64,000 bases of DNA, taken from NCBI GenBank assembly GCA_904063045.1, contig CAJFCJ010000018.1:1-64000 (forward strand), written 5' to 3'. Below the pieces are notes generated by a model that saw only the letters and a program-made list of their open reading frames with translations, did no database searches and had not been told where the DNA came from. Source of the stretch: Dimorphilus gyrociliatus (lineage: Eukaryota > Animalia > Annelida). Position 1 is the first letter of the stretch; each line of letters opens with the position of its first letter. This document shows positions 1-13,244 of this stretch, one piece after another. A program made the position numbers and the translations under genes.

Positions 1-288
1 GATATAAAAACGAGAGAATAAAGTGCATTTTAAAACAAAGATATCGATTGCCTATCGTTGTATATATTCAGTCTTATTAATGAGTTTCATGTATTTCTTA
101 ATTGTAAATGAAAATACTTTTCCTTATTTTATTGACACAAAATAAATTTTCTACTAGAGAGAGGCATCTCCAAACTAGTTGAATAGTTTATCAATTACTT
201 CGTAATTGTTATTAATATTCAAGAAAACTATTAAGAAACTATACTAATATTTATCATTATTCGACTTATCATTAATTATTTATTTCAG

Positions 289-985
289 CCAGCGAGAGTG
301 GCATTAGTGAAGAAGACGAAGACGTCTCAGTATCCGTTGTTTTAAACGGCGAAGAATATGATATGACTTTCGTCGATGAAGATGATCCCGATACAGTGGA
401 GGAAGAGAGATTGAAAAGAGAAAATATAAAAGCTGTTTTAGTTCTACTTTCGGTGACGGACCGCTCGTCATACTATGAAGCAGATCGAATGTGTAGCGAA
501 TTATGCAAACGCTCTATTCAAGTTCCCATTGTTCTAGTAGCTAACAAAATCGATCTTGTACGGAAAAGAGTCATCCACTTGAATGGTAAGTAAGAGTTTA
601 AGGTTAATACATATAGAAAAAAAATTAATCCTGCTCATTAGTCAATAACAGTACATTTTCTAAAAGTTACAGTCACCTATTATATTATTTTACTAAAGTT
701 TGTTCCTTTTTCCTACATTGCTTTGCACTTTCTCACGGTCGCCGTTCCGTCATCATTGAATATTAACATTCAATAGAAGGAAAGAATCTTGCTCGTTATT
801 ACAACTATAAATATACAGAAGTGTCGGCAATGTTGAGCCATAAAGTTGATGATCTTTTAATAGGCCTACTAAAGCAGATAAAGACTTACGAAAAGCGACA
901 AGCTAATAACGCCTGTTGCTGGACATGTTTACAACAGGCTTGGAAAAAATTATGTGCTAGTAACGAGAACTTATCGGTACACTAA
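289..985 (+). CDS. RGK-family (Rem/Rad/Gem-like) small GTPase, last two exons (289-585, 777-985); 5' exons lie upstream of the window
   Basis: Spliced translation ...VSVVLNGEEYDMTFVD...VPIVLVANKIDLVRKR...EGKNLARYYNYKYTEVSAMLSHKVDDLLIGLLKQIK...ASNENLSVH*. Contains an NKxD G4 motif, an E(T/V)SA G5 motif and an RGK-like C-terminus. The GT-AG intron 586-776 joins in frame. Confidence 0.8.
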
Positions 986-1076
986 TAAAACAAATAACTC
1001 AGGAGATCAATGTCTGTGGCAAACAAACAATGTCCAAACATTGAACAGTCTCATTTTGCAATACAGCAGCGTGAAT

Positions 1077-1499
1077 ATGAGCAAGTCGGTCGATTTTATA
1101 GCTAACGCTATCCAACGAGAACTATCAACATCCTCCAGACGTCCTTCGGCTGTATTTGAGCAGTTAGTAACCATGGAGATATTAGAAGAAGTGCCAGATA
1201 TCTATTCTTCTACTTTCCGGGCCGAAACTCTGCGAACTGCGTTGAAAACGTCTTCACGTCGAATTCGACGCTTCGATTCTTCGGATGAATATCGAACATT
1301 TACTAAACACTTATACAAGGTTCAAACTTTTCCTACTTTAGTTAAAATTGATCGAGCACCTATCAAGAAGGAAACTTTGGTGGAACTATCTAAACCTCAT
1401 TGGGCTAACTACAGAGGGAAAAGCGTCGCCAGATCTTTGACCCAATTAAGGAGACTGAGCGCCGACGAGTATTCGGCACTTGTTCGACCTTCTGAGTGA
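1077..1499 (+). CDS. Orphan 140-aa basic protein (MSKSVDF...RPSE), single exon
   Basis: Open frame in AT-rich DNA with a first ATG at 1077 and an acceptor-like TTTTGCAATACAG just upstream. No family recognised. Confidence 0.5.
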   Translation: MSKSVDFIANAIQRELSTSSRRPSAVFEQLVTMEILEEVPDIYSSTFRAETLRTALKTSSRRIRRFDSSDEYRTFTKHLYKVQTFPTLVKIDRAPIKKETLVELSKPHWANYRGKSVARSLTQLRRLSADEYSALVRPSE

Positions 1500-2216
1500 T
1501 AATTCCTTTATATTTTATTTCCCATTTTTCTGTTCGTTTTTGTTATATAACAAAAATCTGCATAGGCCCATTCACTAAAAAACAATTGGACGTTTTCTTT
1601 TATTTCTTCTATTGTATATAGCAACGTTGTTGACGACAGATGTCACTTGTTGACTCTAATTATTATACGCCTAAACGTATGTATTTACACACAGTATTTA
1701 CTTTTTAATATTTTTATATTTTTCTGAATTATTTTTATAAAATGGAAAAATAAAAAAAGAGTAAAAGCAAAGTTTATTTAGCATTTTTTTCGAATTTATT
1801 CAAAGTCGAATCGTAATCCAATAGAAAAACTTCAAATTACTTCTTTTCCCGCCAAAATCATCAATTTTTTCGTATGCTTAATATATACGAACAAATTTAT
1901 TCTTACTGTCTGCAAATTGTTCTTCCGGGTTTGATAACAAGTCTGTGTATATCCAAGAATAACTTATATATTCTATTACTTTAACAACTTCGGAAGGATT
2001 TAGATCAAGGTAATTGATTTAGAAAAATTAAAAAAGTTAAAACTCGTGAGGCGATTCAGTAAAGAGTGGTGACTACAGTCTCTCTGCTATCACCGGATTT
2101 TGAGTCATCAAAACAATATATATATATCTTAATGCATGATCAAAAAGCTTGAGTGTCACATGCGAATAAGATATCTTACATTTTTATAAGTAACGTATAT
2201 TCCAGAAAGAACAAAA

Positions 2217-2891
2217 ATGCCATTTTCATCTCTTTTTGGGCGGAAGAAAACCCCGCAAGAAATGCTTCGTCAAAATCAACGAGCTCTCAATAAAGCTATG
2301 AGGGAACTTGATAGAGAACGACAACAGATGGAAAATCAAGAAAAAAAAACTATAAATGAAATAAAAAAGATGGCTAAAGCGGGTCAAATGGACTCTGTAA
2401 AAATTCTCGCAAAGGATCTTGTTAGAACTAGAAGATATGTCAAAAAATTTATGGTTATGAAAGCTAACATTCAAGCCGTTTCTCTAAAAATTCAAACTTT
2501 AAAGGCCAATGATTCTATGGCCACAGCCATGAAAGGCGTAGTAAAAGCTATGATGACAATGAACAAGCAAATGAATCTGCCTCAAATTCAAAAAATTATG
2601 ATGGAGTTTAGTAAAGAGAGTGAAATGATGGAAATGAAAGAAGAGATGATGAGCGATGCTATCGACGATGCTATGGGAGATGAGGACGACGAAGAAGAAA
2701 CTGACGCCGTTGTTGGTCAAGTTCTCGACGAATTAGGTTTACAAATCGCCGATGAAATGAAAGATTTGCCTTCAACAAGTGGATCCATAGCAGCCGGAAC
2801 CAAAGCAAAACAGCCACAAGCCGCTGCTTGTGGTGCCAACGACGCCGATGCTGATTTGGAAGCAAGATTAGAAAACTTAAAGAGACAGTAG
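2217..2891 (+). CDS. CHMP2A: Charged multivesicular body protein 2a (ESCRT-III, Vps2), intronless CDS
   Basis: LFGRKKTPQEMLRQNQRALNKAMRELDRER, KANIQAVSLKIQTLK and the C-terminal MIM DADLEARLENLKRQ. Confidence 0.96.
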   Translation: MPFSSLFGRKKTPQEMLRQNQRALNKAMRELDRERQQMENQEKKTINEIKKMAKAGQMDSVKILAKDLVRTRRYVKKFMVMKANIQAVSLKIQTLKANDSMATAMKGVVKAMMTMNKQMNLPQIQKIMMEFSKESEMMEMKEEMMSDAIDDAMGDEDDEEETDAVVGQVLDELGLQIADEMKDLPSTSGSIAAGTKAKQPQAAACGANDADADLEARLENLKRQ

Positions 2892-3470
2892 CAACTCCTC
2901 AAAAGGCTTCAATTGTAAAATCTTTAAGCACTGAGGTTTTATTTTATGCTTTATTCTTTTGTATAAATTAATAAATATATTGTAAAATTACAAATTCAAA
3001 TCGATGAATTATGAGTCATTTTATTATTATTCATATTCATGAAAAGCGTAAAGAACGCCAAATTTACTCATAGTTTTGAAATCATTCATTCGGTATATTC
3101 TACATTTACAATCCTTGTCTTAATGAAATTCTGAATCAAACTGACATTACTGAAAAGATATGGATTTGAACTTACAAAGTGATTATCTGTAAATAAAAAC
3201 ATTAAAAATTTCAGGATGGTTTTTTAAGTGGATGATTTTTAAAAATGGACAATATATTTTATATTGATTGTTTTGTATGAACCCGAAATTTTGCTAAGAA
3301 GAAATCTTTTGAAGGCAACTAATGGTTCTTTGAATAAGACGGATGATGTCACGAACGGTTATGGTTACGCTATAGCTATAGTGACTTATATAAATGAAAT
3401 AGATTAATGTATTTTTTTTACAGGTGATTATTTCCTACGTTAAAGTCAGAGAAATTAACGTCTCAAAGTT

Positions 3471-4150
3471 TTAATTTTTCCTTCCTGCTCTCCTTAGCTT
3501 TTCTTCTTGAACAGCTGCCTTAGATGCAGCATCCTTGGCTTTTTTCTCTTCTTCTCTCCTTTTAGCGGCTTCTTCTCTCTGCTTACGAATAAGGGCTAAT
3601 CTGGCAAGATCAGCTCTAGCTTCATCAGTTTTTCCCTCAGCGTGTAATTTTTCATAGCGTGATCTCGCTTGCTGCTTTTCAAGTTCTTCTCTCTCTCTTC
3701 GAGAGAGTTGTGGTTTTGTAGAATCAATTTCGTTTAGTTCGGTTGCTTTTCTATGCTGACGACCTGATACTCTATTTGGATTATGAACATCAATCACACC
3801 TTCAACACCCTTTTTCTTAGAATCATCATCAGAGCTTTCCTCCTCAGACTCATTCGATCCTTCCTCTTCAATATCCCCTCTTTGCTCCTAAGATGCGAAT
3901 TCAATATATTTATGTTACATCACAAAGTTACAATCTTAATCACTCTATTTCAAAGGTTAAGAAACTTACTCTCCAGCTCCTTTCTTCTTCTTCCTGTTTT
4001 CGTTTATGTTCCAGCTCTTCTGGATTTGTAAAGTGTCGTCTTGCACCTTTATGCGAACCACGTTTTCCTATAATGATTTGTTTCTTTATTAACTGATAAT
4101 GAGAGCTTTTAGGTAGTTTGTAACAATAATTACTTACCACCACGGGGCAT
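3471..4150 (-). CDS. PDAP1: PDGFA-associated protein 1 (HASPP28), 3 exons (4150-4138, 4067-3970, 3887-3471)
   Basis: Spliced [22 protein letters not shown]...[15 protein letters not shown]...[12 protein letters not shown]...EQ-type [24 protein letters not shown]; canonical splice sites keep the frame. Confidence 0.93.
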
Positions 4151-4709
4151 GTTGGATTTATTCAACTATAAGATATTAAATAGACAACAAAGATATATAT
4201 AAATTGATAGCTGTCGCGTATTGCAGTCAGTTGTGACAGAAATCTGACGAGCGATAATATGCACTTTTCTAAAGGCCAGTTAATTTCCGGTTGACCATAA
4301 ACTGGCACCTGCTCAGTTTTATCATTGAAAAGCAAACATTTTCAGGAGAGAAATACAAAGTTATAAAGAGCTATATTTTTATATCGAAAGAAAACTGTTC
4401 ATATTTTGACTTTATTTTGATACTAAACTTCTTTCTGAAAATTAGTTAGTGTTGAAACTCAAGATATGACACAATGAAAAAAATTATTGAGAAAATCTGA
4501 TTGTTTAACTGCCTTAAATAATATATAGTGTGTTTTTTTAAAAAGTAACAAGTATATTATTGAAACATTAAAGTAGATCTTTTTTTTTTAAATGCTTTTT
4601 ACGCCATCTGTTGTATAAAATTTTAACGGGCGATATTAAGAAAGCGTATTGCCATTATCGACATATTGCGACTGAATTATTTTAAAAGTATATAAATCTT
4701 ATCGTTATA

Positions 4710-5371
4710 ATGCCGAAGGTGAAGAGATCACGAAAACCCCCACCCGAAGGCTGGGAATTAATTGAACCTACACTCGATGAATTGGAACAAAAAATGAGAG
4801 AAGGTAATAAAATTCATGCTTTATCGATCACTTTGAATATTATTTGTTATATTTTTGTAGCTGAAACTGATCCTCATGATGGCAAAAGAAAAGTAGAAGC
4901 TCTCTGGCCAATTTTTAAAATTCACCACCAGAAATCTCGATATCTATATGACCTATTTTATAAAAGAAAAGCTATTAGTCGAGGTAAGAATAATTCTGTT
5001 TCCAATTAGGCAAAAATCAATTAGATTGTTAAAAATCAAAAAGGAATTTTGTTCTATGTTTTTGTTAAGTTTTATCATTTTTTTATCTCTTTTAGAACTG
5101 TATGAATACTGCTTGAGAGAAGGAATTGCTGACCAAAACCTTATAGCAAAATGGAAAAAACAGGGTTATGAAAATCTATGCTGTCTTAGATGCATTCAAA
5201 CCAGAGATACAAATTTTGGGACAAATTGCATTTGTAGAGTTCCTAAGAACAAATTAGAAGAGGTATACTTTTTGTATTTTACTTTGATAAAATAAGCTGA
5301 CTAAAAAAACTATCTTTCAGGGGAAAATAGTCGAGTGCGTACACTGTGGGTGTCGTGGATGTTCTGGCTAA
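4710..5371 (+). CDS. BUD31: BUD31/G10 spliceosomal protein, multi-exon
   Basis: [59 protein letters not shown] and the terminal [11 protein letters not shown]. Confidence 0.97.
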
Positions 5372-5778
5372 ATTTTTTAAAACTTGTATCAAAAGACGTA
5401 TGTGTCGGTGTAATTAAAATTTTTATGTATATGTAACAAAAAAGCGTCGATTTCATGATTCATGCTTATTAGACGCTTTTGAAGGTTAAATATTGTACTT
5501 GTTAGTGCATAATTGAAAATAAACGTTAAAGTTCTTTAACCTAGAGGTAATTTTTTCTTGAAAACTAGCTCTATTTCATCTTGTCTTTGCACATGGAAAT
5601 TGTACACTACAGTGTATATAAAATGAGTTTATGCTTTGAACAATGTTATGAATTATGATCCGCTTATACAAAACAAGAGTGGATTGAAAGAAAATTTGTT
5701 GTCATAGAGACAACGAATAACGCCAGAGGTCGTCCTTCGTTGCTGAAAAGGGCGTGTTCTTGAAGATGAAAGCTAGTG

Positions 5779-8700
5779 ATGAAGACTCTTCACGTTTTCT
5801 GCCTGAATTTAATTCAATTTTTTAATGAAGCCTTATTGTATAAGCTCCAATTCAAAAGTGACGCAATTGACATAACCAAAGGTTTTGTCAAATATATACC
5901 AGTAGAAAGTAAGTTTAATGCTTATTAAAATATATAAAACGTTTTAAACTTTATTAAATGTTTCTCCAGTAAGTGTAACATATAATGGCAGCGAAAGAAA
6001 TATTCCAGCAACAAATAGTTATATATTCGCTAAAAGATTTAAAAAGAATTCTACGAGTTTTGCAAGAATGACAAATTTTAAATATATAAAAGTATTTGAC
6101 AAAGACGACGAATCATCTTGTTACTCTTTCAGGTAAAGAAATATATTTACGAAATACATTTATACATGATAAATATCAGACAACAACAACAAAACACATA
6201 TTACAATTTCTATTTATCTTTGAAAATAGTTAATAGTTTATAAATCAACTGAAAAAGTCATTAATATTTCTTATTTTCAGTAAAGTGAATCAAATTTGAC
6301 ACGTGAATCCGTATATTTTATTTCAAATATCACTAATATTAGTAATATTAAAAAAATGAATAATAGCTGAATAGCTATTACACAAATCAAACGGAAGTAA
6401 GGGAAGAAGTTCAAAAGCACATGAACAATGTATTTTCTTTATGAATTAGTTTTTTTTTATAAAGCCTAACAATTATGTAAAACTAAGCTTGATAACAAAC
6501 AAATACTTGTCTTTTTGTAGTTCTTACTGTTTTCTTTCTAAAGCAAAAATTAATTTTCAATGGTTATTTTTAGCGCTAAGATAAAGCTTCAAGCGGGAAT
6601 AAATTATATAACGGAAGATTATACATTATGCTCCCGAAACGATAGCTGTATTGAAATTTTCTCCAACTCTTCCAAACACATTATAAACTCTTCAAATTAT
6701 CCGAAAACTCAGAGTTGCCTCTACATCCTAAAAAATTTACCACATTACACACTACATTTACAGGTAATTATTTAGAACTGTAATACGTTGTTAATAATAA
6801 AAAAAAGTGTATTTGTTTAATTAAAAGTATTAAAAAGACTTTTATAAGCATTCTAAACGTGTAATTAATAGATGATTTATTTTTGGTATGAAACTATTTT
6901 AGACGTACTAAGCTGATGAATAGTTTTATATGTACTTTCAATAATTGTTACCATTACGTTTAACTTGTGCTTTAATATTTATATTACATTAAAAAAAGAT
7001 TGTAGATATCACTTTCCTATACATTTCATTTTCCTATGCATTTCTTCTTTCTGTCCGTGTTTCATTAATATTCTTAGTTTTATTGGCAAATATTACAAGC
7101 ATATTTTATTTCCTATTAGTTTAAAGATATTCAACTTCAACTTAAGAATAATGACTGTAAAGATTACATTAGGCTCTCAAGTTCCGAGTTGTTTCTTAAT
7201 GAATCGTCAAAGCTTTGCGGAAAATTCCATGATATATGGCGCTATTTCAGTTACACTGAATATCCTTATTTACTTATTGAATTTTATAGTGATAGTAAAA
7301 GTAAACATGTTGGATTTTTCGCTAAATTTTGGAGGATTAAAGAAGATTTTAGTAAGTAATTCTTATATTTATCTTTAAAAAAAAAAAAGAACAGCTACAT
7401 TGCTGGATTTTTTTTTGTTATTCATAGATTGTTCTAGGACTATTATACTTAGCAAACGATCCATAAACTTAACAAACGATATGCCTCCAAGCTTTTCCAA
7501 TTCTCAATGTACAATAACTCTTATATCTCAACCAAGATTTAATATCTTTATAACTTTGAAATATTTGTATCTGAGAGGGAGTAATGATGAATTAGTTATT
7601 ATTGATAAAGAAAATAATCAACGAAAACTTAATAACAAAACCAAAACTTTCTCTGCTTTGTCAAACTCTTTTAAAATTATCTTCCAATCTACTACTCTTC
7701 AAGATTCTTTAGATTTCCACATTGAAGGTCATTTAATACTGGAATGCTATGATACAATCGCCGGTTATAGAGGAACAATCAGCTTCCCCAACTATCATCT
7801 CGAAAAATCTCATCATAGAGGCTGTTCTTATATTATTAAATCAAATAATTCTAACCATCGAATCGAACTTCGATACTCTAATCCAAACTTATCCGAAGAA
7901 AATAGAATGTATCTGTTTCTACTTCAAGAATATATAGAAGTGCGATCAGGAAAAAACCAGGCTTTAATATTCTTAACAAATTCATCTACGCTTAAATTTT
8001 TATACTTTAAAAATGAAACGAAGTAAGTGTGAATTATTGCATTTTTTAAATGTTTTCTTCTATTTTACTTTGTAATTTTCCAGTGTAAGGGAAATATTCT
8101 ATTCATAATTTTTTCTATATTTTTAGTATTGAGGAGCAAGAGAGTATTATTGCCTATTGGAAATTTACTAAACTGGGATGCCCTCGAGATTGGGAGGAGT
8201 TCGATGACAGTTGCTGGAAAGTATTTACAGAGAAGCTCAATTGGTTTCAAGCGAAATCGAAATGCGAAAGAAACGGTGGATTTTTATCTGAACTCACTAA
8301 TTCCCAAAAAAATAGCATCGTCATTAATTATCTCTCCAACGATATCATTTTTCGTCATAATCATAGAGAAGCATTCTGGCTTGGGATGAAAAATAAAAAA
8401 TGGTTAAGATGCCAGTCATCTATCTTTCAGGACTGGTTTCCTGGAATATTAAATTCTGGATTCTCTAAAGAACCAAGCGATGATGGATTAAGGTTTGCCT
8501 ATTTGCCTTTTATTGAATGGTATTCTAATTAACTATTGTTTATTATTTAATTGCCATATGCAGCGGAGATCACTGCTTAGAACTAAGGAAAGAGTTTCCG
8601 TCAAGAAATCAATCTCTCATAATGAATAGGTATTACTGGGCCGATAGAAATTGCCAAAATACTAAAAATTTCTTTATTTGCGAAACGATTGTTAAATTTG

Positions 8701-11279
8701 AGGATGTTGATAATATGATTTGCTATTTGAATATTCTTATTGGAAAGAACCAATCATGTATATTTACCATTCCAAACTCTCAAGAATATGATGCTTGTAA
8801 ATACGCTGCAGACGATCAAGAGGGATTACAGCTGCAATTTAAAGTCCATAGCTCCCTAATAAAGAAAAAATGCGAAGTGTACATTAAACCTAGAGATAAC
8901 CTTAGACAATCTGCTTCTGTCAATAGTACTTCTAACAGCAAAAGAGTTCCTCGTTTGTTTTCTGTTAAAAACATCACGAACGCCCTATATCTTTCTAGTT
9001 ATTCTGGGGAGAATGATGGCTTCCGTGCATTAACCTTTTTAAAAAATGATACAGTAATTATAAAACTAAACGTCTACTTAAGTATTAAAAAAATTTAAAT
9101 ATTCATGATTTATTCTAAATAGTTTCACAACTACTGTATCTAGGAAATTCTCGATCTTTCAACTTCTTTCGTCTTTGTTACCTTCTACTCGATAAACTTG
9201 AATAATAACTCCTGCGATTTTCTGGATAGCCAACTTACGAGACTGAATGATAAGCAGAGATATACAATTGAAGTAGAAGAATTGTCAACTGTTCATTTAA
9301 AATTTGATATTCCGAGTGCGGACTCTAAGAAATATTGTTATTTTTGTAAATTAACGATATTCGCACAAAATGAAGACCGTTCAATAGTAGCTGGAAAATT
9401 TGTTCAGGACTTGTATATCACAAATATGATTGGAACGATTATTGTTGAAATTTTAACTGATTACAATGAAGACTTTAAGTTTTTATCTTGGGAACAGTAC
9501 AGATATTCATCAATTTGTAGAGATTTAGTGGTCTCTGACAGGATTGTAAATATAAATAGAGGATTATATGTTCCGCATTCTTTATGTTGTTTCAATTTGA
9601 AAATTAACAGCCGAGAAGATTATCAATTGACGTTTACACAGATTTATTTGTTTCCTAAAGATTCATTGGATAGTTTCGTTCAAGTTAATAATAAGCGTAT
9701 TTATCCTCCTCCTAAAATTGTTGTTGTTAACGATCATGTTCGAATATGTACCCAGTCTGCGGCATTTGAAATGACTGTAGCAAAAATTAATAACTCCATT
9801 CAGGAGGACATGTTTGTAGACTCTAACGAAGAGAAGTATATCCATGGGATTGTCAGCATGAATGTTAAAAGAAAAATTCAGAGACGTATTGTTATCAGAA
9901 CAAGACTTAAGCATAGATTAGTTTTAACAAAGATGAAATCTATTAAGGACAACTTGTTTTTTATCGATCAATTTACTCCAGACGATGAACATTCTACCCC
10001 TCTGACTAATAATACATCTTATTTGCATGAAGTGGAACTCAAGTTTGTTGAAGAAATTGGTAACAGTTTAGATAATTTTACTGTAAGAGTGGAATCAATG
10101 ACTGATAACGAATTTGAAAAGAAATCTATGCGTCATTTTAATATAAGTGTTGGAAATTGCAATGAAAATCCATGCAAAGAACCAGCTACGTGTCAGAATT
10201 ATTCGACATATTCAACTTGTAAATGTTCTGCGGGCTATTTTGGTCTACTATGCTCTTGGTCGCATTGTTCCAATAGCCCATGTAATAATAGTGGTAATTG
10301 TACAGCAACAAGTGACAACGATTTGGGATTCTTCTGTAACTGTCCTAAAGAATATTTTGGAAGATACTGCGAGCAGACTTCGAATATGTGTAGAAAAAAA
10401 CGTTGTTCAAACGCTGGTGAATGCAAAGGAAGAAATGAATGTATTTGCGATAACAGACGAATAGGGACATCTTGCGACCAATTGAAGGATATTAGAAATT
10501 CTGGAAAAGATCCCTTTGTAAAATTATTACAAGAACCATTTTGGTTTGGTATAGTTGTAGTTCTTGTTCTATCACTTGCTGCCGCCTCTAGCTTTGCCCT
10601 ACGTAGAAAATGTAGTAAACAAGCCGATAAATTACGAAAGAAAATCATACTTTATTGGAGATCAAGACACTCTAAGAATTTTGAAGTTGAATCCAATCCC
10701 GAACAGACAGCTTCAAAAAGACCGTCTTTTGAATATTGGGATAGATGTTCTGTTGTGTCTCAAGAAGAAAGAACGTCTGCTTTTCCAAATGTTTTCAATT
10801 TACTACAATCGTGGCAAGACAGTATTGTAGTAGAAGAAGTACCTCAACCAACGGCTGAACAACGTCGAATTGAATTTGTTGATGCTGTTAGACGGTCCAG
10901 AATATCTAGTGTTTCTACAATTGATAGCTGTGACTCCTCCAGCATTGATAGTAGACGGAGAAAGCGAAAAAGATCTAATCGAAAATCTAAAACGGATTGC
11001 AGTAGTACCGATACCGTAGATAGCAGAAAGTTGAGAAGACGAAAAAAACAACCAGCTAATCGGAAGTTGGTCCGAAAAACAAAAAGTTTAGATTCAAACA
11101 ACGAAAGTACAACAAGTGGCTTTGGCTCCGATCGCTTGGCAGAAGTTGATAACAAACAACCTTTAGTGAGAATGTTAAGCATGATAGCAGACGAAGAAGA
11201 GCAGCAGAATAAAAGCATCTTTTTCTTACAGGACCGTCCACCAATTGCACTTTATGGTGAAAGAGTGACAGAACTTTAA
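5779..11279 (+). CDS. Type I membrane protein with several CUB-like domains, a C-type lectin domain, 3 EGF repeats, a TM helix and a long cytoplasmic tail; 5' exons uncertain
   Basis: CUB-like exons (NSSNYP..CLY; DCKDYIRL..LCGK..IEFYSD..GFFA; GTISFPNY..GCSYII). CTL exon at about 8127-8490 (CPRDWEEFDDSCWKVFTEKLNWFQAKSKC...FWLG...EPSDDGL) continues GDHCLEL...YWADRNC..KNFFICE. The 9198-11279 exon carries EGF repeats (CNENPCKEPATC..C.C..GYFG..C), the TM segment FWFGIVVVLVLSLAAASSFAL and a tail ending VTEL. ATG 5779 is a tentative start. Confidence 0.8.
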
Positions 11280-11648
11280 TGTTAAAAATAAAAGCACAAA
11301 CTTCTTCTTCTACAACTAAAGTTACTAAATGTTTATGCCACAGTGCGGCTCTATATGTTGAATTTTATTATTGTCGGCAAAATTTATTAGTTATTGCGTA
11401 AGAAAAAAATACTGCAATACAATTGTCACCTTTAAGAATCTTTTCTCTAATTTAATAATTCAAAAAAAGTAGTATATCACATAAATTTTAAAATAAGTTT
11501 TGTGAAATTTTAATACTAAAATTTTTACCGGTTATTACGATAATAGGAGAAACCGGTCGGTTTATTAGTATGGCGGAACCCATGCAGTAAATCAACGATA
11601 AGCTGTTGTTCGATTTGTTAAATATAGAGAGAAGTAAAAACTATAACA

Positions 11649-13013
11649 ATGTCAGGTGATATGGAAAAGTTTGATGGAATGCTCCTAACTATGGCGCAGC
11701 AATGTGACGGAGGCATTCATGAGGTATTTTTCGAGAAAATTCTAAAAGAGGAATGACGAATGAGTTTTCCCACAGGTTTTTGATTACATATTTTCATTTT
11801 TGGCAAGAAAAACTGACTATTATACTGGCGGTAAGGAAGGAGAAGCTCAAAGGGTAAACTATAAAACCAGTCGTAAATAAAAATTCAGCTATAATTGTTT
11901 GTTATGTCGTTTATCTAGATTTTGTTGGAAAAATTTAAGAAACATCAGAAGGGTGCATTGCAGCGAGTAGCCCAAGAAAAGGAAGAGAGGGAAGAACAAG
12001 AACGTCGTAGAAAAGAGAGGCTGAGGAAAAAGCAAGAGGAGGAACAACGAAAGGAGGCACAGATACAAGAAGTAACTGATGAAGAGGCTGCTAAAATTCA
12101 ACAGGAAATAGAGGAAAAGGTTTAAAATTTTTTATTTTGACTCTCGTCTTATTAACTATAAATAACGTCTTACAGAAAACAACTAAACAGGAAGAACCTC
12201 CTAAGGAAAAAAAGGTATTTTCAATATCAGAAACTAAACTTGAATTTAAGTAAACGTTATACTTTCATAGGATGAGAGCGATGAAGAGGACGAAGACGCT
12301 AAAGGAAAAATTAAACCTAACGCAGGAAATGGATGCGATTTAGAAAATTATAAATGGACTCAAACACTATCTGAAGTCGAAGTTAGAATACCTTGTAAAG
12401 TCAATTTTCCTGTTAAAGGCCGTGATGTTATCGTTGAAATCCAAAGACATGTTTGTAAAATATTTTTAAATGAACTTCCTTTGAACGAAAAATTTAAACT
12501 TCGTTAACAGAAACTAAAAGTTGGTTTAAAAGGCCATCCTCCGATAATAGAAGGCGAGACATATGCAGAGTTGAAAGTTGAAGAATCGACGTGGTGCATC
12601 CAAGATCGAAAGGAAATATTAATAAATATAGAAAAGGTTAACCAAATGGAGTGGTGGAGTAGGTTAGTAAAAACTGATCCAGAAATCAACACCAAGAAAG
12701 TACAGCCAGAAAATTCGAAGGTATCTCATTTTCATATTAAAAAATTGTAACTCTAAGTATTGGTAAACTATTTTTATGTTCAAGCTATCGGATTTGGATG
12801 GCGAGACAAGATCTATGGTTGAAAAAATGATGTTTGATCAAAGGCAAAAAGAGATGGGATTACCTACATCTGATGAACAAAAGAAGCAAGACGTGTTACA
12901 AAAGTAGGTTTAATAAAATATACAATTTTGTAAAATGGATTAATATAAATATTTTTAATAGATTTATGAAGCAGCACCCTGAAATGGACTTCTCCAAGTG
13001 CAAATTTAATTGA
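11649..13013 (+). CDS. NUDC: Nuclear distribution/migration protein NudC (CS/p23 domain co-chaperone), multi-exon
   Basis: [75 protein letters not shown] and [16 protein letters not shown]. Confidence 0.96.
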
Positions 13014-13244
13014 AGCTATAAAAATATCAAATTTCAAATAGCTGCCTAGTTGTTTGATTTTGATTTAACTCTTGTGAACGATCAATTAATTGTTATTCTC
13101 ATTTTCTAACGGCTTTTCAAAATAAAATAATTAAAAGCGGATACGAATTTACTTTTATTTTTATCATTTTTACTTCTGAAGGACGATTTTCTTTTAATCG
13201 AAACGACAAACTTGTTTAACTTTCTTTCAACTAGTCAGGCTATT

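Noticed and set aside
1638-1650. 13-mer CAGATGTCACTTG repeated at about 38828
   Set aside because: Exact 13-mer matches are expected by chance in 64 kb.
2226-2902. Four minus-strand ORFs over CHMP2A
   Set aside because: Antisense shadows of a conserved CDS.
7260-7268. ATATCCTT resembling a U12 (AT-AC) 5' splice site
   Set aside because: It lies inside a CUB coding exon (EYPYLL) that ends at a normal GTAAGT donor.
9663-11250. Several overlapping alternative-frame and antisense ORFs
   Set aside because: Shadows of the 693-codon exon of the CUB/EGF receptor.
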